Shown: positions 53,901 to 64,000 of the stretch, one piece after another
How the letters are laid out: the number at the start of each line of letters is the position of its first letter
Numbering within the stretch: position 1 is the first letter of the stretch
Assembly (NCBI GenBank): GCA_053919585.1
Contig: CM132826.1
Source: Euprymna scolopes
Taxonomy: Eukaryota
DNA length: 64,000 nt
Strand: one strand, 5' to 3'
Program-made: the position numbers and the translations under genes
Notes under the pieces: model-generated
The model's input: the letters and a program-made list of their open reading frames with translations, nothing else
What the model was told of the DNA's origin: nothing
Database searches by the model: none

Positions 53901-56900
53901 GAACATTGCTGAAATAACTAAACGAAAAAACAATAACCTTGAATGATTGGAAATTGGGCTTTCTGTATTTTTTTTTTAAAAGAGAAAATATCCGAGAACA
54001 TTGCTGAAATAACTAAACGAAAAAACAATAACCTTGAATGATTGGAAATTTGGCTTTCTGTATTTTTTTTAAAAGAGAAAATATCCGAGAACATTGCTGA
54101 AATAACTAAACGAAAAAACAATAACCTTGAATGATTGGAAATTTGGCTTTCTGTATTTTTTTTTTTAAAGAGAAAATATCCGAGAACATTGCTGAAATAA
54201 CTACACGAAAAAACAATAACCTTGAATGATTGGAAATTGAGCTTTCTGTATTTTTTTTAAAGAGAAAATATCCGAGAACATTGCTGAAATAACTAAACGA
54301 AAAAACAATAACCTTGAATGATTGGAAATTGGGCTTTCTGTATTTTTTTTTAAAGAGAAAATATCCGAGAACATTGCTGAAATAACTAAACGAAAAAACA
54401 ATAACCTTGAATGATTGGAAATTCAGCTTTCTGTATTTTTTTTTAAAAGAGAAAATATCCGAGAACATTGCTGAAATAACTACACGAAAAAACAATAACC
54501 TTGAATGATTGGAAATTGGGCTTTCTGTATTTTTTTTTAAAGAGAAAATATCCGAGAACATTGCTGAAATAACTAAACGAAAAAACAATTACCTTGAATG
54601 ATTGGAAATTGAATTTTCCGTATTTTTTTTTAAAGAGAAAATATCCGAGAACATTGCTGAAATAACTAAACGAAAAAAAACAATAACCTTGAATGATTGG
54701 AAATTGGGCTTTCTGTATTTTTTTTTTAAAAGAGAAAATATCCGAGAACATTGCTGAAATAACTAAACGAAAAAACAATAACCTTGAATGATTGGAAATT
54801 GAGCTTTCTGTATTTTTTTTAAAAGAGAAAATATCCGAGAACATTGCTGAAATAACTAAACGAAAAAACAATAACCTTGAATGATTGGAAATTGGGCTTT
54901 CTGTATTTTTTTTAAAAGAGAAAATATCCGAGAACATTGCTGAAATAACTAAACGAAAAAACAATTACCTTGAATGATTGGAAATTGGTCTTTCTGTATT
55001 TTTTTTTTTAAAGAGAAAATATCCGAGAACATTGCTGAAATAACTAAACGAAAAAACAATAACCTTGAATGATTGGAAATTGGGCTTTCTGTATTTTTTT
55101 TTTAAAAGAGAAAATATCCGAGAACATTGCTGAAATAACTAAACGAAAAAACAATAACCTTGAATGATTGGAAATTTGGCTTTCTGTATTTTTTTTAAAA
55201 GAGAAAATATCCGAGAACATTGCTGAAATAACTAAACGAAAAAACAATAACCTTGAATGATTGGAAATTTGGCTTTCTGTATTTTTTTTTTTAAAGAGAA
55301 AATATCCGAGAACATTGCTGAAATAACTACACGAAAAAACAATAACCTTGAATGATTGGAAATTGAGCTTTCTGTATTTTTTTTAAAGAGAAAATATCCG
55401 AGAACATTGCTGAAATAACTAAACGAAAAAACAATAACCTTGAATGATTGGAAATTGGGCTTTCTGTATTTTTTTTTAAAGAGAAAATATCCGAGAACAT
55501 TGCTGAAATAACTAAACGAAAAAACAATAACCTTGAATGATTGGAAATTCAGCTTTCTGTATTTTTTTTTAAAAGAGAAAATATCCGAGAACATTGCTGA
55601 AATAACTACACGAAAAAACAATAACCTTGAATGATTGGAAATTGGGCTTTCTGTATTTTTTTTTAAAGAGAAAATATCCGAGAACATTGCTGAAATAACT
55701 AAACGAAAAAACAATTACCTTGAATGATTGGAAATTGAATTTTCCGTATTTTTTTTTAAAGAGAAAATATCCGAGAACATTGCTGAAATAACTAAACGAA
55801 AAAAAACAATAACCTTGAATGATTGGAAATTGGGCTTTCTGTATTTTTTTTTTAAAAGAGAAAATATCCGAGAACATTGCTGAAATAACTAAACGAAAAA
55901 ACAATAACCTTGAATGATTGGAAATTGGGCTTTCTGTATTTTTTTTTAAAGAGAAAATATCCGAGAACATTGCTGAAATAACTAAACGAAAAAACAATAA
56001 CCTTGAATGATTGGAAATTGAGCTATCTGTATTTTTTTTAAAAGAGAAAATATCCGAGAACATTGCTGAAATAACTAAACGAAAAAACAATAACCTTGAA
56101 TGATTGGAAATTGGGCTTTCTGTATTTTTTTTAAAAGAGAAAATATCCGAGAACATTGCTGAAATAACTAAACGAAAAAACAATTACCTTGAATGATTGG
56201 AAATTGGTCTTTCTGTATTTTTTTTTTAAAGAGAAAATATCCGAGAACATTGCTGAAATAACTAAACGAAAAAACAATAACCTTGAATGATTGGAAATTG
56301 GGCTTTCTGTATTTTTTTTAAAAGAGAAAATATCCGAGAACATTGCTGAAATAACTAAACGAAAAAACAATAACCTTGAATGATTGGAAATTGGGCTTTC
56401 TGTATTTTTTTTTTAAAAGAGAAAATATCCGAGAACATTGCTGAAATAACTAAACGAAAAAACAATAACCTTGAATGATTGGAAATTGGGCTTTCTGTAT
56501 TTTTTTTTAAAGAGAAAATATCCGAGAACATTGCTGAAATAACTAAACGAAAAAACAATAACCTTGAATGATTGGAAATTGAGCTTTCTGTATTTTTTTT
56601 AAAAGAGAAAATATCCGAGAACATTGCTGAAATAACTAAACGAAAAAACAATAACCTTGAATGATTGGAAATTGGGCTTTCTGTATTTTTTTTAAAAGAG
56701 AAAATATCCGAGAACATTGCTGAAATAACTAAACGAAAAAACAATTACCTTGAATGATTGGAAATTGGTCTTTCTGTATTTTTTTTTTTAAAGAGAAAAT
56801 ATCCGAGAACATTGCTGAAATAACTAAACGAAAAAACAATAACCTTGAATGATTGGAAATTGGGCTTTCTGTATTTTTTTTAAAAGAGAAAATATCCGAG

Positions 56901-59900
56901 AACATTGCTGAAATAACTAAACGAAAAAACAATAACCTTGAATGATTGGAAATTGGGCTTTCTGTATTTTTTTTTTAAAAGAGAAAATATCCGAGAACAT
57001 TGCTGAAATAACTAAACGAAAAAACAATAACCTTGAATGATTGGAAATTGGGCTTTCTGTATTTTTTTTTAAAGAGAAAATATCCGAGAACATTGCTGAA
57101 ATAACTAAACGAAAAAACAATAACCTTGAATGATTGGAAATTGAGCTTTCTGTATTTTTTTTAAAAGAGAAAATATCCGAGAACATTGCTGAAATAACTA
57201 AACGAAAAAACAATAACCTTGAATGATTGGAAATTGGGCTTTCTGTATTTTTTTTAAAAGAGAAAATATCCGAGAACATTGCTGAAATAACTAAACGAAA
57301 AAACAATTACCTTGAATGATTGGAAATTGGTCTTTCTGTATTTTTTTTTTTAAAGAGAAAATATCCGAGAACATTGCTGAAATAACTAAACGAAAAAACA
57401 ATAACCTTGAATGATTGGAAATTGGGCTTTCTGTATTTTTTTTAAAAGAGAAAATATCCGAGAACATTGCTGAAATAACTAAACGAAAAAACAATAACCT
57501 TGAATGATTGGAAATTGGGCTTTCTGTATTTTTTTTTTAAAAGAGAAAATATCCGAGAACATTGCTGAAATAACTAAACGAAAAAACAATAACCTTGAAT
57601 GATTGGAAATTGGGCTTTCTGTATTTTTTTTTAAAGAGAAAATATCCGAGAACATTGCTGAAATAACTAAACGAAAAAACAATAACCTTGAATGATTGGA
57701 AATTGAGCTTTCTGTATTTTTTTTAAAAGAGAAAATATCCGAGAACATTGCTGAAATAACTAAACGAAAAAACAATAACCTTGAATGATTGGAAATTGGG
57801 CTTTCTGTATTTTTTTTAAAAGAGAAAATATCCGAGAACATTGCTGAAATAACTAAACGAAAAAACAATTACCTTGAATGATTGGAAATTGGTCTTTCTG
57901 TATTTTTTTTTTTAAAGAGAAAATATCCGAGAACATTGCTGAAATAACTAAACGAAAAAACAATAACCTTGAATGATTGGAAATTGGGCTTTCTGTATTT
58001 TTTTTAAAAGAGAAAATATCCGAGAACATTGCTGAAATAACTAAACGAAAAAACAATAACCTTGAATGATTGGAAATTGGGCTTTCTGTATTTTTTTTTT
58101 AAAAGAGAAAATATCCGAGAACATTACTGAAATAACTAAACGAAAAAACAATAACCTTGAATGATTGGAAATTGGGCTTTTTGTATTTTTTTTTAAAGAG
58201 AAAATATCCGAGAACATTGCTGAAATAACTAAACGAAAAAACAATAACCTTGAATGATTGGAAATTGAGCTTTCTGTATTTTTTTTAAAAGAGAAAATAT
58301 CCGAGAACATTGCTGAAATAACTAAACGAAAAAACAATAACCTTGAATGATTGGAAATTGGGCTTTCTGTATTTTTTTTAAAAGAGAAAATATCCGAGAA
58401 CATTGCTGAAATAACTAAACGAAAAAACAATTACCTTGAATGATTGGAAATTGGTCTTTCTGTATTTTTTTTTTTAAAGAGAAAATATCCGAGAACATTG
58501 CTGAAATAACTAAACGAAAAAACAATAACCTTGAATGATCGGAAATTGGGCTTTCTGTATTTTTTTTTTAAAAGAGAAAATATCCGAGAACATTGCTGAA
58601 ATAACTAAACGAAAAAACAATAACCTTGAATGATTGGAAATTTGGCTTTCTGTATTTTTTTTAAAAGAGAAAATATCCGAGAACATTGCTGAAATAACTA
58701 AACGAAAAAACAATAACCTTGAATGATTGGAAATTTGGCTTTCTGTATTTTTTTTTTTAAAGAGAAAATATCCGAGAACATTGCTGAAATAACTACACGA
58801 AAAAACAATAACCTTGAATGATTGGAAATTGAGCTTTCTGTATTTTTTTTAAAGAGAAAATATCCGAGAACATTGCTGAAATAACTAAACGAAAAAACAA
58901 TAACCTTGAATGATTGGAAATTGGGCTTTCTGTATTTTTTTTTAAAGAGAAAATATCCGAGAACATTGCTGAAATAACTAAACGAAAAAACAATAACCTT
59001 GAATGATTGGAAATTCAGCTTTCTGTATTTTTTTTTAAAAGAGAAAATATCCGAGAACATTGCTGAAATAACTACACGAAAAAACAATAACCTTGAATGA
59101 TTGGAAATTGGGCTTTCTGTATTTTTTTTTAAAGAGAAAATATCCGAGAACATTGCTGAAATAACTAAACGAAAAAACAATAACCTTGAATGATTGGAAA
59201 TTGAGCTTTCTGTATTTTTTTTAAAGAGAAAATATCCGAGAACATTGCTGAAATAACTAAACGAAAAAACAATAACCTTGAATGATTGGAAATTGGGCTT
59301 TCTGTATTTTTTTTTAAAGAGAAAATATCCGAGAACATTGCTGAAATAACTAAACGAAAAAACAATAACCTTGAATGATTGGAAATTCAGCTTTCTGTAT
59401 TTTTTTTAAAGAGAAAATATCCGAGAACATTGCTGAAATAACTACACGAAAAAACAATAACCTTGAATGATTGGAAATTGAGCTGTCTGTATTTTTTTTT
59501 AAAGAGAAAATATCCGAGAACATTGCTGAAATAACTAAACGAAAAAACAATTACCTTGAATGATTGGAAATTGAATTTTCCGTATTTTTTTTTAAAGAGA
59601 AAATATCCGAGAACATTGCTGAAATAACTAAACGAAAAAACAATAACCTTGAATGATTGGAAATTGGGCTTTCTGTATTTTTTTTTTAAAAGAGAAAATA
59701 TCCGAGAACATTGCTGAAATAACTAAACGAAAAAACAATAACCTTGAATGATTGGAAATTGGGCTTTCTGTATTTTTTTTTTTAAAGAGAAAATATCCGA
59801 GAACATTGCTGAAATAACTAAACGAAAAAACAATAACCTTGAATGATTGGAAATTGAGCTTTCTGTATTTTTTTTTTTAAAGAGAAAATATCCGAGAACA

Positions 59901-62660
59901 TTGCTGAAATAACTAAACGAAAAAACAATTACCTTGAATGATTGGAAATTGAATTTTCCGTATTTTTTTTTAAAGAGAAAATATCCGAGAACATTGCTGA
60001 AATAACTAAACGAAAAAACAATAACCTTGAATAATTGGAAATTGGGCTTTCTGTATTTTTTTTTTAAAGAGAAAATATCCGAGAACATTGCTGAAATAAC
60101 TAAACGAAAAAACAATAACCTTGAATGATTGGAAATTGAGCTTTCTGTATTTTTTTTTTAAAGAGAAAATATCCGAGAACATTGCTGAAATAACTAAACG
60201 AAAAAACAATAACCTTGAATGATTGGAAATTGGGCTTTCTGTATTTCTTTTTAAAGAGAAAATATCCGAGAACATTGCTGAAATAACTAAACGAAAAAAC
60301 AATAACCATGAATGATTGGAAATTGAGCTTTCTGTATTTTTTTTTTAAAGAGAAAATATCCGAGAACATTGCTGAAATAACTAAACGAAAAAACAATAAC
60401 CTTGAATGATTGGAAATTGAGCTTTCTGTATTTTTTTAAAAGAGAAAATATCCGAGAACATTGCTGAAATAACTAAACGAAAAAACAATAACCTTGAATG
60501 ATTGGAAATTGAGCTGTCTGTATTTTTTTAAAAGAGAAAATATCCGAGAACATTGCTGAAATAACTAAACGAAAAAACAATAACCTTGAATGATTGGAAA
60601 TTGAGCTTTTTGTATTTTTTTTTAAAGAGAAAATATCCGAGAACATTGCTGAAATAACTAAACGAAAAAACAATAACCTTGAATGATTGGAAATTGGGCT
60701 TTCTGTATTTTTTTTTAAAGAGAAAATATCCGAGAACATTGCTGAAATAACTAAACGAAAAAACAATAACCTTGAATGATTGGAAATTGGGCTTTCTGTA
60801 TTTTTTTTTAAAGAGAAAATATCCGAGAACATTGCTGAAATAACTAAACGAAAAAACAATAACCTTGAATGATTGGAAATTCAGCTTTCTGTATTTTTTT
60901 TTAAAAGAGAAAATATCCGAGAACATTGCTGAAATAACTACACGAAAAAACAATAACCTTGAATGATTGGAAATTGGGCTTTCTGTATTTTTTTTTAAAG
61001 AGAAAATATCCGAGAACATTGCTGAAATAACTAAACGAAAAAACAATAACCTTGAATGATTGGAAATTGAGCTTTCTGTATTTTTTTTAAAGAGAAAATA
61101 TCCGAGAACATTGCTGAAATAACTAAACGAAAAAACAATAACCTTGAATGATTGGAAATTGGGCTTTCTGTATTTTTTTTTAAAGAGAAAATATCCGAGA
61201 ACATTGCTGAAATAACTAAACGAAAAAACAATAACCTTGAATGATTGGAAATTCAGCTTTCTGTATTTTTTTTAAAGAGAAAATATCCGAGAACATTGCT
61301 GAAATAACTACACGAAAAAACAATAACCTTGAATGATTGGAAATTGGGCTTTCTGTATTTTTTTTTAAAGAGAAAATATCCGAGAACATTGCTGAAATAA
61401 CTAAACGAAAAAACAATTACCTTGAATGATTGGAAATTGAATTTTCCGTATTTTTTTTTAAAGAGAAAATATCCGAGAACATTGCTGAAATAACTAAACG
61501 AAAAAACAATAACCTTGAATGATTGGAAATTGGGCTTTCTGTATTTTTTTTTTAAAAGAGAAAATATCCGAGAACATTGCTGAAATAACTAAACGAAAAA
61601 ACAATAACCTTGAATGATTGGAAATTGGGCTTTCTGTATTTTTTTTTTTAAAGAGAAAATATCCGAGAACATTGCTGAAATAACTAAACGAAAAAACAAT
61701 AACCTTGAATGATTGGAAATTGAGCTTTCTGTATTTTTTTTTTAAAGAGAAAATATCCGAGAACATTGCTGAAATAACTAAACGAAAAAACAATTACCTT
61801 GAATGATTGGAAATTGAATTTTCCGTATTTTTTTTTAAAGAGAAAATATCCGAGAACATTGCTGAAATAACTAAACGAAAAAACAATAACCTTGAATGAT
61901 TGGAAATTGGGCTTTCTGTATTTTTTTTTTAAAGAGAAAATATCCGAGAACATTGCTGAAATAACTAAACGAAAAAACAATAACCTTGAATGATTGGAAA
62001 TTGAGCTTTCTGTATTTTTTTTTTAAAGAGAAAATATCCGAGAACATTGCTGAAATAACTAAACGAAAAAACAATAACCTTGAATGATTGGAAATTGGGC
62101 TTTCTGTATTTCTTTTTAAAGAGAAAATATCCGAGAACATTGCTGAAATAACTAAACGAAAAAACAATAACCATGAATGATTGGAAATTGAGCTTTCTGT
62201 ATTTTTTTTTTAAAGAGAAAATATCCGAGAACATTGCTGAAATAACTAAACGAAAAAACAATAACCTTGAATGATTGGAAATTGAGCTTTCTGTATTTTT
62301 TTAAAAGAGAAAATATCCGAGAACATTGCTGAAATAACTAAACGAAAAAACAATAACCTTGAATGATTGGAAATTGAGCTGTCTGTATTTTTTTAAAAGA
62401 GAAAATATCCGAGAACATTGCTGAAATAACTAAACGAAAAAACAATAACCTTGAATGATTGGAAATTGAGCTTTTTGTATTTTTTTTTAAAGAGAAAATA
62501 TCCGAGAACATTGCTGAAATAACTAAACGAAAAAACAATAACCTTGAATGATTGGAAATTGGGCTTTCTGTATTTTTTTTTAAAGAGAAAATATCCGAAA
62601 ACATTGCCGAAATAACTAAACGAAAAAACAATAACCTTGAATGATTGGAAATTGAGCTTT
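12000..62660. repeat. Satellite array, ~540 monomers of 92-95 bp (consensus GGAAATTGRGCTTTCTGTA T8-11 AAA(A)GAGAAAATATCCGAGAACATTGCTGAAATAACTAAACGAAAAAACAATAACCTTGAATGATT)
   Basis: Directly visible uninterrupted head-to-tail repeats. Length varies mostly in the T/A tract. Copy number is span divided by ~93.4. Confidence 0.99.
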
Positions 62661-63109
62661 TTTAAAAAATTTTTTTATATCCATCTGTCCTAGGTAGAAA
62701 GTACTGTTGGAGAGCTAAATGTTTTGGTTTCGATTTTAGCTGATGGCACCCAAGGCGTACATATTTTTAAAAAAAACTTTTCAAATCAGCGTTTAGGAAC
62801 CTCTACAGTGATAGATCAAATGGTAATATTTGAAATGGCTTTAGAATCCAGTCTACCCTACTATTTAGTTTTTAGTTTGAAAGAAGATAAATTCATACTT
62901 TTGACCTGGGTATTAAATGAAAGTGATTGGGGTTTCCTTCTATTATATATGCGCTGCAGCCGATTGTCAAATGTGTTCTTCAGGCTATTTAATTTTAAAA
63001 AATTATTTAATTTTTAAAAATCAACCTTTCTGATTGTCTCGATATATACACTTGTTGGCAATAATAAAACATACACAGCTGGTTATAAAAATATTTTGTT
63101 TATTCTTAT

Positions 63110-63330
63110 TCTTAGAACTACACGCCTGTGGAACTCTGTTCCGTCTGCCTGCTTCCCTCCTGACTACAACATCGATGTCTTCAAGTCCAACGTAAACAAA
63201 TTCCTGATGAACCGCCCCCTTAAGTAGACACTTTAAATATCCTCACTAACGTACTGTACTTACAATAACCCTTATCCCCGAGTGGCTTCCGGGCCTTGAT
63301 AAGTGTTAACCACCTTGTAAAAAAAAAAAA
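63110..63330 (+). mobile_element. 5'-truncated non-LTR retrotransposon (CR1/Jockey-like) 3' end with poly(A) tail
   Basis: Translates as LRTTRLWNSVPSACFPPDYNIDVFKSNVNKFLMNRPLK*, the RLWNxLP..FP..Y....FK motif typical of LINE ORF2 C-termini. Followed by a ~90 nt UTR and an A-run at ~63319-63331. Confidence 0.85.
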
Positions 63331-63344
63331 ATAAAATAAAATAA

Positions 63345-63520
63345 CATTTTCGGTTTCTGAATAACAGTTTTGACATTAGTGATGGCGTGCGTGGCGGAGG
63401 TGTCGTGTGGAGAAGAATGTGTTGCTTAGCTAACCTGTCGTAGTTGCTCTCCTTTTTCTTTGTTGTCTGTCATCTCTTTTATCGGCCCAGACGACGTCAA
63501 CAATCATGCAGTATTTTAAA
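63345..63520 (-). pseudogene. Possible highly degraded mariner transposase fragment
   Basis: With frameshifts the minus strand gives RR...G*LSN / ILLH / HDTSATHAITNVKTVIQK, loosely like the ILLHDNARPH region. Confidence 0.3.
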
Positions 63521-63744
63521 AATGTGGGGTCAATCTCACTGATTCTACGTCCTATATCTTGACCTCCTTTGATGTCAGAATCTGGGGCCCCCAGGCTTCC
63601 GATTAACTTTTCTTTGATCTCACTCGCCGGGGATCTGGATTATCCAACACTTTTGGACTAGTATCACTATCAAAGTCTGCTAGTCCTGACTACCCTACTA
63701 TTTTAATCATAGAGTATGTGGCTTTTACTTCTCTTTATACTCAC

Positions 63745-63803
63745 CACTGTCATTTGCTGATGAGAGCAGAAGATTTGACAACAAATTTTGTATCATGGCT
63801 GAG
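63745..63803 (-). CDS. Internal coding exon A of an unidentified host gene (x-SAMIQNLLSNLLLSSANDS-G)
   Basis: Acceptor cttttctattttcAG and donor GTGAGT. 59 bp, open, ends in phase 1, which matches the start of exon 11681-11802 (G+AT = Asp). Confidence 0.75.
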
Positions 63804-63890
63804 CTGAAAATAGAAAAGTATCAGTAAAGAATCCGCTGATAAAATGCAAATTTTATATTCAGAGATTGGGGGAAAAAAACTAAACAAATA

Positions 63891-64000
63891 TACGAGATAC
63901 CTCAACAAGTTTCCAGACTTTTTTTTTTGAATAAACACTTTTATAGATAGTACACACATGAAACTTTAGTCCCTCTCGAAGTAATCTCCTCCGGCTGCAA
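63891..64000 (-). mobile_element. Tc1/mariner element 3' end (terminal repeat plus transposase C-terminus), running off the window
   Basis: Minus strand 64000-63966 reads (I)AAGGDYFERD*, like the mariner C-terminal CIxxxGDYFE motif. TA-CGAG...AAGTTTCCAGACTTTT resembles a mariner terminus. Confidence 0.8.

Noticed and set aside
12424-62610. Shared rare variant TTGCCGAAA near both array ends
   Set aside because: A single substitution in two monomers is readily explained by recurrent mutation.
12061-62631. Hundreds of minus-strand ORFs (MFFRLVISAMFSDIFS...)
   Set aside because: They are translations of a 93-bp (31-codon) satellite, start at TTG, and are frameshifted repeatedly by homopolymer length changes. 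They are not standalone genes.
12000-62660. CRISPR array
   Set aside because: No unique spacers, no cas genes, and a eukaryotic context.
12000-62660. Centromeric satellite
   Set aside because: Cannot be supported from sequence alone. The array is finite, bounded, and apparently intronic.
62724-63017. 97-aa + strand ORF
   Set aside because: TTG start, AT-rich low-information peptide, antisense within the intron, and no recognisable domain.
63432-63500. Extra exon ending CAG|GTTAGC (MTDNKEKGEQLRQ)
   Set aside because: No convincing acceptor, and its phase-0 end does not fit exon B's phase-1 start. Better explained as a TE remnant.

Overview
AT-rich animal (probably invertebrate) genomic DNA. 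About 50.7 kb (~12000-62660) is one tandem array of ~540 copies of a 92-95 bp monomer; the many minus-strand 'ORFs' there are translations of this satellite. Reading splice signals by eye gives a phase-consistent five-exon 3' end of an unidentified protein-coding gene on the minus strand (63745-63803, 11681-11802, 9339-9491, 1101-1246, 259-301), which places the whole satellite inside one ~52 kb intron. The monomer is a diverged copy of that intron's own 3' splice site plus the start of the next exon, so the pre-mRNA would carry hundreds of acceptor look-alikes, some followed by a good 5' splice donor. The next intron shows a similar pattern, with a minisatellite related to its own acceptor. 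A third intron holds a ~6.2 kb non-autonomous Helitron with a head-to-tail junction, an internal terminus-derived satellite and a divergent U2 snRNA-like sequence. LINE and mariner remnants lie at the right end. All calls are by eye, with no database search.
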